Assembly: GCA_964016885.1 (NCBI GenBank)
Contig: OZ024755.1
Span: 11,408,001 to 11,472,000 of the forward strand
DNA from: Eledone cirrhosa
Lineage: Eukaryota
DNA length: 64,000 nt
Direction: 5' to 3'
Below the pieces are notes generated by a model that saw only the letters and a program-made list of their open reading frames with translations, did no database searches and was not told the origin of the DNA. The position numbers and the translations under genes are program-made. Of this stretch, positions 33,583-46,203 are shown piece by piece (position 1 is the stretch's first letter; every line of letters starts with the position of its first letter).

Positions 33583-33584
<2 letters not shown>
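33388..33584 (+). mobile_element. Family A PLE-like element, copy 3, with palindromic head
   Basis: ..CCGTTTCGACGGCTATTTCTGGACTAAATT agaattt AAATTTAGTCCAGAAATAGCCGTCGAAACGG.. followed by the shared tail ending in (TA)n. Confidence 0.78.
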
Positions 33585-33637
<53 letters not shown>

Positions 33638-33752
33638 AAAATACACAGTAAATTGTGTGTTTAGAATTACAAGGGTAGTAAGACCACGATGGTCTGAATC
33701 AAACGGAAAATACAAGATAAATTAAAATGCACTGACCGTTTCAGTAACTATT

Positions 33753-33841
33753 ATCTCCCGGACAGATTAGGGATTAATCTGTTTCGCCCTGAAAAGTTGT
33801 GTTTGTAACAGATAATCCGGAGGCGGTCCTCAGCGGGAGAT
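33753..33841 (-). ncRNA. Type I hammerhead ribozyme candidate with long stem II loop
   Basis: Minus strand: ATCTCCCG-CTGAGGA-ccGCCT..(~31 nt)..GGGC-GAAA-CAGATTA(atccc)TAATCTG-TC-CGGGAGAT. Perfect 8-bp stem I and 7-bp stem III, GUC site; 2-nt insertion before stem II. Confidence 0.7.
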
Positions 33842-34434
33842 GAGATTATATGTAACAAACACCAATGAGAGTAGGTAAACTAAATAAATAAGAGAGAAAG
33901 AGAGAGTGATAAGTTAGGTGTGTAAAAACAGTTACAGGCGGCGCGCCCTACGAAGCACTCAACGCTGTTACGAGGCAGTTTAGATGTGTCTTTGCACGTC
34001 TGGCGAGATGTCGAAAAGCGTTGTGCCTCATCACCTTCATTCTACCCTGAGCTGATCGACATAGAAACAATTGTAATATGCAACTAAAGTTTGTACATAT
34101 GCTGCAACTCTGACTTCATGTACTCTCAGTCGCTTAACACCAATGCGACTGAAGTGATCACTGTCCTGATGAAGCCCTGGGCTTGAGACATACTTTGACC
34201 TTTAACAATGATTTACGTTGGGAGATATCCTCCAAATATTTGGGCCTCTCTAGTGTAGACAGATATAAATATGTTGCTCAAGATACACCAATGTATTATA
34301 TCCAAGAGTACAAAATATTCTTGTTATAATACTGTTGCCACATTACACATATGCCCCACTTAACACTACACTAAGCTAAACTACTTCGAACCTCTACAAG
34401 ATAAACTAAATATTCTTACCCTAACAATACGCTT

Positions 34435-34479
<45 letters not shown>

Positions 34480-34598
34480 AGTTGAAAAAAATGAAAACGA
34501 AAAACGAAATTTCATTTCTCACTCTTAGTATGGCACTTACTTAAATGTAAGTATGTATGTATACGTACATACATATATGTATACAGACGTACAGTAGC

Positions 34599-34653
<55 letters not shown>

Positions 34654-34807
34654 CATGCAGGTACACATACATATATGCACGCATCAGTTTAGCAGACGCT
34701 TATTATAGCGCTCGCTTTGTTCGTTTGTCAACAAACTGAACAGCCTGAATTTATGCCATACGGTGTTAAGGCAACCACGTCACCTTTTTGTTCAACACTG
34801 ACACAGG

Positions 34808-34852
34808 AACGATGTACTAGTTTCAAGCTTGTTAGCTATCATCAGCACCGTT
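34808..34852 (-). ncRNA. Minimal type I hammerhead ribozyme (unit 1)
   Basis: Minus strand: AACGGTG-CTGATGA-t-AGCT(aaca)AGCT-t-GAAA-CTAG-TA-CATCGTT. 7-bp stem I, intact core, 4-bp stem II, palindromic ACTAGT stem III, GUA site. Confidence 0.85.
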
Positions 34853-35092
34853 TACCCATCTGCCAGATAGTTGAACGTTCGAAAGTATATACTTTCCTTA
34901 TGAAAATTAACGGCTGAGCAGCCTAATTTGCATATTGAGTGAGTTAAATCGGTCAGGCATACCGAAAACGATAAGTTGAAAAAAATGAAAACGAAAAACG
35001 AAATTTCATTTCTCACTCTTAGTATGGCACTTACTTAAATGTAAGTATGTATGTATACGTACATACATATATGTATACAGACGTACAGTAGC

Positions 35093-35145
<53 letters not shown>

Positions 35146-35299
35146 CATGCAGGTACACATACATATATGCACGCATCAGTTTAGCAGACGCTTATTATAG
35201 CGCTCGCTTTGTTCGTTTGTCAACAAACTGAACAGCCTGAATTTATGCCATACGGTGTTAAGGCAACCACGTCACCTTTTTGTTCAACACTGACACAGG

Positions 35300-35344
35300 A
35301 ACGATGTACTAGTTTCAAGCTTGTTAGCTATCATCAGCACCGTT
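35300..35344 (-). ncRNA. Minimal type I hammerhead ribozyme (unit 2)
   Basis: Identical to 34808-34852, offset by 492 bp. Confidence 0.85.
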
Positions 35345-35546
35345 TACCCATCTGCCAGATAGTTGAACGTTCGAAAGTATATACTTTCCTTATGAAAATT
35401 AACGGCTGAGCAGCCTAATTTGCATATTGAGTGAGTTAAATCGGTCAGGCATACCGAAAACGATAAGTTGAAAAAACGAACAAAGCGAGCGCTATAATAA
35501 GCGTCTGCTAAACTGATGCGTGCATATATGTATGTGTACCTGCATG

Positions 35547-35599
<53 letters not shown>

Positions 35600-35648
35600 G
35601 CTACTGTACGTCTGTATACATATATGTATGTACGTATACATACATACT

Positions 35649-35701
<53 letters not shown>

Positions 35702-36514
35702 TATAATGACCACACATACATATAATGTACCATACACACGATATATATGCATACATACAACATCCGTTATAGTGTATATAAAGTTAATTCATGGGTGAAA
35801 TTAACTGAAAGAAACATTTAGAATATACACCTCTCTCCTCTCAGTACTATGGAACTTTGTATATTCCTCTCTTTTTGTTTATATTACTAGGATTACGATC
35901 ACTATTATTACTATTATTATTAATGTTACTACTACTACTACTACCAGTAGTAGTAGTACTATTCATTTGAGGAATCTTTTAAATTTATTTGAATTTTCAT
36001 TTTTGTATTCGTTGAGCTCTTTAAAAATAACTTTGCTTACAAAGGAGAAAACAAATTTTAAGAGGTGGTTTCGGTTTCAAATCTAACTACACTACATGTG
36101 TTAAATCTGTGCAAGGAAATGGGGAGTACAAAATGACGAGAATGGAAAATTAAGAGGGTAATAATGGAAGAAATCAGAAAAAACACGGAGAAAAAGCAAA
36201 TGAAAAAATATAAAATAAAATATAAGTAAAGGAGGGATATAAGTAAAGGAGGGATACAAGAAGGGGTAAAACTAAAACCACATGGGGCCGAGTTTCAGTA
36301 AATATCTTATCAACAGACATGATTTATCGAGTTGGCAACATCACCAGACAATCCCCAAGTAAGTTTGTTTATTTATTTCTGAGATATTTAAGATATAAAA
36401 GCTTTGTTTATATCCCCAGACAAATTAGGTAGTTTAAAATGAAATAAAATATAAGCCCCTTTTTTTTCTTTTTTGGTAACAATATATGTAGTGATCCTAC
36501 AAACATTATATATG

Positions 36515-36883
36515 AGGGCGGTGGATTGGCAGTATCGGTAGAGGGTCGGACGCCATGCTTTGACGCAAAGAGTTACGGCCCTGACCATTCTGAGTTCAAA
36601 TCCCGCCGAGGTTAACTTTGCCTTTCATCCTTACGGGCTCGATAAAATAAAGTACCAGTAATACACTGGGTAATTTGCTGGCCTTGTGCCAAAAGTAGAA
36701 ACAATTATATATATACACAGAGGATTGGACGCCATGCTTTCTAGCAGTTACGTCCCTTTACGGTCTGAGTTCAAATCCCGTCGAGGTTAACTTTGCCTTT
36801 CATCCTTACGGGGGTCGATAAAATAAAGTACCAGTAATGCACTGGGTACTTGCTGGCCTTGTGCCAAAAAGTAGAAACAATTA
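36515..36883 (+). mobile_element. Two tandem S1 SINEs (36515-36707 full length; ~36720-36883 5'-truncated)
   Basis: Near-consensus S1; each is preceded or followed by ATTATATAT. Confidence 0.88.
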
Positions 36884-37432
36884 TATATATATATAGATAT
36901 ACATACACCTACATACATATAGACAAACACAAATATATAAAAGTGTGTGTGTTGTGACTCCGTCGGTTGCGACGACGGGTGTTCCTTCGAACAACAATAC
37001 AATCCTGCTCATAGAATTTATATGCAAGTGGCTCAGCATCTTACTGACACATATGTCCGTAGCACAGCGTGCTATATGAAATACAGGTACAACACATATA
37101 TATATACACATTCTTGTCACTGCCTTTTCAGCCCCATAGATTATATTCCTTTGTTAAATTTCAAATACCTGATGATGTCACCGGATTCATACTGAACCCG
37201 GTCAATGAAAAATTCATATTATAATAAATCTTTAAGGAATTACACCAGTCCAGCCTCCTGTTATTTTATAATAATTAACTCCGTACTCGCACCACCAGCA
37301 ACACAAACGAAGACGGGTGAGTTGCATTATGTCGAGTGCTCTCCATAATATTACATCGAGGTTGACTATACGGAATGACCAGTTCTATCCAGTGGTGAAC
37401 CAACAAACCTAAATGAATGTATATATAGATAC

Positions 37433-37462
<30 letters not shown>

Positions 37463-37463
<1 letters not shown>

Positions 37464-37603
37464 ACGAGGGAAGTGTGGTAAGGAACCAGGTGGACCATAA
37501 CGCACAAGAGTACTCGATACTTTGGGTAGTAGAGTGGGTAATAGTAAAAGCGTCAGGACCCCGAGGGCAGAGCTCTGCCATCGGGGTTCCTGACTATTTT
37601 CCT
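37463..37603 (-). mobile_element. Family A PLE-like element, copy 4
   Basis: Shared tail plus fold-back GGACCCCGAGGGCAGAGCTCTGCCATCGGGG centred on GAGCTC; TA flanks. Confidence 0.72.
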
Positions 37604-37682
37604 ATATATATATATATATATATATGACAAGTATGTTTCGCAACAGCAAGCAAGTTTGAAGTTTGAAAATTAGAAATAGAAG

Positions 37683-37718
<36 letters not shown>

Positions 37719-38011
37719 GGTGTTGGATGCTTAAAGCGTCCGTATGCGGTAGGCCGTATGAGCACTCGATGCCCTCGTACAGCAGAGTCTGATCTCACAG
37801 AAACAAGAGAATCAGTGTTGCGACGAAAGGAATTTATTAGACATATTACAATTGTTTCTCGGGCGACCAGCTCGAGGCACGATATGGTGATCAAACCTGA
37901 CTTTGAAATCGCGAGGTCCTCGGATACGTCTCGATTCTATGAAGCAGATTTTCCTATTGTCCTTTAACATCGAATTCCTTCGTTTGTTGATTTAGACCCT
38001 GTTGTTGTCAT

Positions 38012-38075
38012 TCCATGAGTGGTCAAAAATTGTACACGTCACCGGTGACGTGTACAATTCTTGAGCACTCATGGA
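38012..38075. repeat. 64-bp spacerless palindrome centred on ACCGGT
   Basis: TCCATGAGTGGTCAAAAATTGTACACGTCACC|GGTGACGTGTACAATTCTTGAGCACTCATGGA, 2 mismatches. Confidence 0.9.
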
Positions 38076-38669
38076 GATATATATATATATATAAGTACAC
38101 ACACATAGTGTGTGTATTTTAAGCTTATATGGGTTGGGCAGGAACTAGTTGTACCGAAGAGAATTGACATTCGTTAAATTTGAATACGTTTCTATTTTTG
38201 TGTGGGTTAATATTGAACGCCTGGTTAACTCTGACATGTAAAGCAAGTACATCTAATTAACTAAGGTAAATACCTCCACAACTTGAAACTTTACAGACGA
38301 AAATAATAATAGAATATATATAAAACTTGAAATAATTTTATTTCAGTTAAAAATTAAAAATAGTATTTGAAAAAGTTAAAAAACAGAACAAAAACTGAAA
38401 ATAAATAAGCAAAACACAAAAATCACTTAAGAAGGCGATGTGTGAGGTGCATACATATGTGCACCTGTCATTATGCTGCTGCTGTTGCTGCTTCTGATGC
38501 CTGCAGAGGAAAGAGCACCTGTTGTATGACTTCAAGCTTCTGTCATCAAGAAATAATAGAGTCGGGTGTCTAGACAAAGGTCAGGTGACAGAGCGTTCGG
38601 GATCACATGACAGCAGAGCATGTTAGGGAATTATTGTAAATGAGTGTGTGTGCGTGTCCGCGTGTGTGT

Positions 38670-39442
<773 letters not shown>

Positions 39443-40274
39443 AGATTCATTCTTACATCATGTATACATATGCACATATATATAAATAAATGTGTGTGTG
39501 TTTGTGTGTGTGTGCGCGTTTAAGCATTTATGAAGTCATCTTTTGGCCCTGGTCGACTTCCCCCAACTTGGATCCATGAACAGTAATATTGGGTTCAGTA
39601 TATAGTTCTCCAGGAACAGGGGTAAACATTGCGCTGGTTTTTGTAAGGCTGATTGTAAACCGAAACCCCGTACACGAAGTTGAGAACATTCTAGAACAGA
39701 GAGGGGTACAAGCGCCCTTCTATGCCACTCTTTGTGGCCTTTTGAAGGAAGCAAATCTTTGAAATAAATCTTCAATTTTTATTAAAACGTTTTTGTCTAT
39801 CTCTTATTATTTTAATGTAAACCATAAAATGAACGTATTCTAAATACCAGAGTAAACGAAAATACACTGAAATAATCCACACAGACAGACAGCCAGCCAG
39901 AATTTGAAAAAAATAGTCGATCATTTCAGCACTTTCTACGTTCGTGTTTTAGATCTAATGTGATTCTAGAATATACATTAAATTCCCGCTTGACTGGAGA
40001 CACTATCGCCTAAGGCTGGTTGGTGAGAACCTTCGGGGATTTAGTACGCCAGTGTTTATCAAGTTTGACAATTATGTATGTGGATTTCCGTTTGAAGTAG
40101 AATTTTAAAAACGACTGCATATTCGAATTTGTTTTATTTGAATGATTTTTTTTTTTTTATGTTGTAACGTTTTTTTTTTAGATATTTGGTACATAGTAAT
40201 TAGATTTTTTACAAAATAATGTAGATTTCTGAAATATATAATTATGGTTTCTTGAATGCAACCTTATTATATTA

Positions 40275-41285
40275 AAAGTAAGTTAATGCGGCCTTTCAAC
40301 ATGAAAAGGTTCCTCACCTCTGGTCTAGAAGGTGCTGTATGTTAGTTTCTGTGTGTTAAGAAGTCAGCATCGTCTGCGTAAGGAAGTTCTCTTACTAAAG
40401 CTCGAACACTTTTTGGTTTAAGCATTAAACATTTTCAAATTGAAAATCCTTTCCAGTGGTTCTGAACTGAAAGAGGATGCCATTGTCACATTCATAGAAA
40501 GAGTGTGTAAGCAAGGCAACAAAGAAGATAGAGAAAAGCGTGGGAGTAGGAATATCACCTTGCTTTACCCCATTGTCAATCATTATTTCCTTTACGGCCC
40601 TTGCCATTCTGAGTTCAAATCCCGTCGAGGTTAACTTTGCCTTTCATCCTTACGGGGTCGATAAAATAAAGTACCAGTAATGTACTGGGTAATTTGCTCG
40701 CCTTGTGCCAATAGTAGAAACAATTATTTCCTCTAGCAGTATCGGTAGAGAGTCGGACGCCATGCTTTCCAGCATAGTTACGTCCCTTTACGGTCTGAGT
40801 TCAAATCCCGTCGAGGTTAACTTTGCCTTTCATCCTTACGGGGTCGATAAAATAAAGTACCAGTAATGTTCTGGTTAATTGCTGGCCTTGTGCCAAAAGT
40901 AGAAACAATTATTTCCTCAGACAGTTAACCATTGAAGATAACTTAAGATTTCATATCCCTGTTCAGCTGTTTTACTATGCTCAAAAACTACTTTTCCAAG
41001 TATTATCGAGAGTCCCTTTCGATTTACTGTGTCGAAAGCTGTTGTTAGATAGTCAAAGAATTGATATTGAGTCGGTACACTACTCGATGCAATTTTTTCT
41101 TGTATCTGTCTTGCAGTAAAGATTATATCAACATCCCCTCTAAAACCACTCTGTGACTCTGGTATAACAACAGGAGAGATATCTTTCTATAGCCTGTTGA
41201 GCAAATGTCTTGCGAGTTCATTGCCAACAGCTTCTAATAGAGTGATACCGCGTTAGTTACCACATATAGGTTTTTATCTTTGCAA
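40275..41285 (-). pseudogene. Decayed RTE-clade LINE reverse transcriptase fragment, interrupted by two SINEs
   Basis: Minus-strand pieces: CGN*RGITLLEAVG..LLNRL..IPESQSGFRG..DIIFTARQIQEK..AFDTVNR, then NG*LSEEIMIDNGVKQGDIPTPTLFSIFF..FRTTGK, then VRELPYADDADFL. These are RT motifs including QG..P and YADD. Stops and frameshifts present. Confidence 0.9.
40592..40912 (+). mobile_element. Two 5'-truncated S1 SINEs inserted in the RTE RT, with triplicated TSD ATTATTTCCT
   Basis: TSD at 40582-40591, 40723-40732 and 40908-40917. Removing the inserts restores the RT frame (LSEEIMIDNGVKQG). Confidence 0.92.
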
Positions 41286-42373
41286 AAGGATTGCACACAC
41301 ACACACACATACACAGATCCACATTTCCATAAAGAAAAAATAATTAAGACAAACACATAAAAAGTAAAATAACTGGGATTTTTTAGATGGTGGAAGAAAC
41401 CGCCGTTGTGTGGTTGTACTTGTGAGTGTGTATGGGTGTGCATAATTATATATATATATGTGTGTGTGTGGGGGGGGGGGGGTCGAACCAAATTTACACA
41501 GTTTTAGATTTTAGATTTCTTTTCTTCTCTCTTTCTGTCTTGTAAACCTTACGCAAGAATACTTGAAAATTCTTGAACGGAACAATATTCTCATTCATCC
41601 CTGCACCCAGTCATTTATCCAATGTCTTAAAGCCTTTGAGAAACGTATTGTCCAAACCACTCGAAGTCGGGATGTAATAAAACATTTCAAAGAGAAAAGT
41701 TGAAAAACAAACAGAAGAAAAGCAGGAACTAAAGAATTAGTTGGCGTGAAACAAAGAACTGTTAGAACAAAGAAGAAGAAATAATAGTAGAAGATTGAGG
41801 GAAGACTTGTCAGTTTTAATTTTACTTACAAGCTAACGGCTACTGTAGTTATACGGCTAAACATTTCAAAGATGTGACAAGCAATGCTTATATAGGTTTT
41901 TTGTTATGTATCAAGTTTTATGGTTTTCGGTCTTATATTTTTATTCTATTTTTTCTTCTTCCTCCATGGAAGGAAATCTTAGGAGAACGAAGAAGATAAA
42001 TACGAAAATAGATATTCTTTTAAAACAAAAACAAAGTATCGAATGGATGTGAAAGAGAAGGAAAACACAAAAAACTGTGTATATGTGTTCTGTAAAATGT
42101 CCAACATTTCACCAAAATTAGTTTAAGTCAAACGGTAGATCGTCCCCTTACGTTCCAAAGAAGAAGGTCGTGTGAAGATTGACACACTATACAAAAACAT
42201 ATGTGCTCTAATCACATTCACTAAAGAACTGTTGTTCAGTCACCTTTTTCATTCTTTGATGGATAATCCTTTCACCACTGGTTGTTTGAATCCCACTTTG
42301 ACTTCAAACGTAGAACGAAGTTATTATTTCCGAACCCACGTTACTGTATATATATATATGGATACATACATCT

Positions 42374-42507
42374 AGAAATAGCCGTCGAAATGGCTTGAGC
42401 TCTGCCGTCGGGGTCATACTTTTTCCTATTTCCCACTCTACTACCCTCAGTATTGAGTACTCTGGTGCGTTATGGTCCATATGGTTCCTTACCACAATTC
42501 CTTTGTT
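42374..42507 (+). mobile_element. Family A PLE-like element, copy 5 (no fold-back)
   Basis: AGAAATAGCCGTCGAAATGGCTTGAGCTCTGCCGTCGGGGTC plus tail, ending in (TA)n. Confidence 0.75.
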
Positions 42508-42544
42508 ATATATATATATATATATAGTTACATACATACGCACA

Positions 42545-42592
<48 letters not shown>

Positions 42593-42619
42593 ATACATTC
42601 ATATGCACGTGTCTCTGTT

Positions 42620-42662
<43 letters not shown>

Positions 42663-42879
42663 TATACATATATATAGGTGTATATATATAACATTTTGTT
42701 TCATCTCTTTTCGATTTCAATTAGAAGTACCCTAGGTTGTATGTACACCTTTTTGTCTTGTGTGTGTATTTAATCGAAAAGACTTTTTCTGTCTTATCGT
42801 AATACAAACGAAGAAACCGAACATTACTTATTCCGTCTATAAAACAAAGTCTTATGTTCTCGTCAATACCATGATGTTT

Positions 42880-43462
42880 GTCTGTTGGTACAGCACAGCA
42901 CTGGTTGCCTGTTGGTACAACACAGCACTGGTTGCCTGTTGGTACAACACAGCACTGGTTGCCTGTTGGTACAACACAGCACTGGTTGCCTGTTGGTACA
43001 ACACAGCACTGGTTGCCTGTTGGTACAACACAGCACTGGTTGCCTGTTGGTACAACACAGCATTGGTTGCCTGTTGGTACAAAACAGCATTGGTTGCCTG
43101 TTGTTACAACACAGCACTGGTGGCCTGTTGGTACAACACAGCACCGGTTGCCTGTTGTTACAACACAGCACCGGTTGCCTGTTGTTACAACACAGCACCG
43201 GTTGCCTGTTGTTACAACACAGCACCGGTTGCCTGTTGTTACAACACAGCACTGGTTGCCTGTTGTTACAACACAGCACTGGTTGCCTGTTGGTACAACA
43301 CAGCATTGGTTGCCTGTTGGTACAACACAGCATTGGTTGCCTGTTGGTACAAAACAGCACTGGTTGCCTGTTGGTACAACACAGCACTGGTTGCCTGTTG
43401 GTACAACACAGCATTGGTTGCCTGTTGGTACAAAACAGCATTGGTTGCTTGTTGGTACAACA
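42880..43462. repeat. 27-bp minisatellite, ~21.5 copies (GCCTGTTGGTACAACACAGCACTGGTT)
   Basis: Contiguous units with no spacers; few variant positions, arranged in blocks. Confidence 0.97.
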
Positions 43463-43714
43463 TTAGTTGTCTGAATGTCAGACAAAAGTTACAATCAGAG
43501 ATGATTCTACTAAGAGAGAGAATTAGTTTCGTCCAATGTATATAATCAACACTTGATTCTCGACCCATGTTATACAAATAGGAATTCAACACATTTGACC
43601 AGATGAGCTGTACATCGGTTGTTGACATTATTTAATAAAATGTATGACTTGGCCCAACATACAAACAGTTTATTCTCCCTCCAAACATAAACAGAGGCAC
43701 AGAAACACACACGC

Positions 43715-43791
<77 letters not shown>

Positions 43792-44259
43792 CGTATCTAT
43801 GTATATGTATATATGTGTGTATATATATAGATACATATTTGTTTGTATATATATATATATATATATATATGCGTGCACAAAGATGAAAGTTTGAAACATT
43901 TTAAGATTCTTACACATTATAGCTAGTAGTTTGGTTTGTCTTTTTTTAATGGCCACATGTAAAAATAAACGCACACAAACATACATACATATATACACAT
44001 ATATCTATATACACATATATCTATATATACATAAACACATACATATATGTGTAAACTGACACCCACATGCGAACTACCCAAATCACACATTTGCTAGCAT
44101 ATCTCATACATCAAAAATGCCTAAATGCATTGTGGGTTTAACATAGCAGTGCAAATAAATCATATTATTGTTGCATTACAGAGAACTACACACGCACTAT
44201 CTCACTAACAAACTCGCGCGCGCGCACACGCGCACACGCACACACACACACACACACGC

Positions 44260-44296
<37 letters not shown>

Positions 44297-44603
44297 TCTG
44301 AACGCCATATCATACCATACACATCTCATAAACGAGAGACAAACTGCAGTATCGCAAAATGTATAAGTGCAGATATTTATGCAATTTGGAAACGTCCGCC
44401 CATTCCTACAACCATAAGAAACACACACACATATATATATATATATATAGAGAGAGAGATAGATAGATATACATATATAGATATACAGATATATATATAT
44501 ATACACACACACATTATAAATATATATATATACAGACATATATATACATAGACATATATATATATATATATATATACAGACATATATATACATATACATA
44601 TAA

Positions 44604-44640
<37 letters not shown>

Positions 44641-44813
44641 TATATACAGAGAGAGAGGGAGAGCGAGAGAGGGAGAGAGAGAGGGAGATCGAGAGAGAGA
44701 GAGGGAGAGAGAGAGGGAGAGCGAGAGAGCGAGTGAGTGAGAGAGAGCGAGTGAGTGAGTGAGAGCGCAAAACATTGATTGACATCCCCTTACTAATAAA
44801 AACCCATATTTAC

Positions 44814-44878
<65 letters not shown>

Positions 44879-45010
44879 TTATGAGCCCAACAAACATATA
44901 CAAACCACAAATACTCGCATTTCATCCAAACTGCAAAAGTTTATATTTTGTTGCATCAAAAGCAAGACCAGCAGGTTCTGTTGCGTAATTTTATAGGGTC
45001 TTATATATAT

Positions 45011-45179
45011 AAGGAGCATGTTAGACTCCCACGGCAGAGCTCAAGCCCTTTCGACGGCTATTGCTGGGAAACGGTTTGAGCTCTGCCGTCGGGGTCTAAC
45101 ATTTTCCTTTTACCCACTCTACCTAAGTATTGAGTACTCTGGTGCGTTATGGTCCATCTGGTTCCTTATCACACCTCCG

Positions 45180-45181
<2 letters not shown>
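45011..45181 (+). mobile_element. Family A PLE-like element, copy 6, with fold-back head
   Basis: Inverted HHR 3' half, then GAAACGGTTTGAGCTCTGCCGTCGGGGTC and the tail into (TA)n. Confidence 0.72.
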
Positions 45182-45221
<40 letters not shown>

Positions 45222-45629
45222 TATATATGTGTGTGTGTGGTGTGTGTACATATATATGTATGTGCGTATATATATATTTGAGCGTGTGTATGTGAAGGCG
45301 TGTGGCCTCGTGGTTTGTGTACTGGGCTCATTATCGTAAGGTTGTGAGTTCAATTAATGGCCAGGCCGGCGTGTTTTGTCATTAAGGAAGACATTCTATT
45401 TCACTCAGTTTGACAACGATGAGTTATAACAGTAATTCACAGGGTCAGTCATAGCACACATAGGTGGCAGTACATGTACTGCGGGATTCTCCGGCATTTA
45501 CATATATAATTACACGTACCTGCTGTTCCCTTGAACAAACAACGGTATCACTCACCATTGGAACTGACAACGTTTCAATAACATATATGCGTACAATATA
45601 TATAAGCCTGTGTAGCTATATGATGATGA

Positions 45630-45686
<57 letters not shown>

Positions 45687-45859
45687 ATGCACATGTTTTT
45701 TTTGGGGGGGGCGGTAATTTACTTCCTCATTTTTGAATCAGTTTGAGCATTTCTTTAGAAGTGCTGGACTAGCAACCTGACAGATACCTCAGGCACTGAT
45801 GATGATTATCGCTAAATACTGATGTTGATTAGATTATCAATATTAGTAATATTGGGGCA

Positions 45860-45986
45860 CCCACTGATGAATTATAGGAGCCCACTTGAATATATATCTA
45901 TTGATGGTATACAAGCTCCTACATAAATTGGTATAATTTCACCCAAATTGTAGGAATCCTATAATGAAACGAGACGTCCGTCTGGG
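45860..45986 (+). ncRNA. Type I hammerhead ribozyme candidate with large branched insertion in stem II
   Basis: CCCA-CTGATGA-ATTATAGGA-(77 nt)-TCCTATAAT-GAAA-CG(agacgtc)CG-TC-TGGG. Perfect 9-bp stem II, 4-bp stem I, GUC site. Confidence 0.75.
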
Positions 45987-46157
45987 AAGAGATATATTCG
46001 ATATGTCTCATATGAAATAATACGGCCAATTTTCCACGCAATACTTTTAGTTAGCACCCCGAACGCTTAATTAGGAATATAATCACTTATTTCCTAATGT
46101 TTGTTGAGTGAGTTGGAATTTGGCCGGAGTATCGCTAAAAAGCTTTCTCCGATATTG

Positions 46158-46203
<46 letters not shown>

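Larger units (their letters stand above)
34477..35653 (-). mobile_element. Retrozyme/PLE-like element: head-to-tail dimer of a ~492-bp non-coding unit plus inverted partial copy, in (TA)n
   Basis: Units 34477-34970 and 34971-35462 appear identical apart from internal TA length. 35474-35653 is the reverse complement of 34545-34726. One HHR per unit. Confidence 0.8.

Noticed and set aside
34163-34200. CTGATGA-AGCC(ctg)GGCT-TGAGAC hammerhead-like motif
   Set aside because: GAAA is replaced by GAGA and there is no convincing NUH or stem I.
34717-34917. Duplicated 66-aa ORF (also 35209-35409)
   Set aside because: Starts at TTG and has no domain; the duplication is explained by the tandem unit, whose signal is the antisense hammerhead.
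39536-39775. IFWPWSTSPNLDP resembling the Tc1/mariner WPPxSPDLNP motif
   Set aside because: Single weak motif followed by a stop, with no TIRs or supporting DDE context.
42880-43462. CRISPR array
   Set aside because: Units are contiguous with no unique spacers, there are no cas genes, and the context is eukaryotic.
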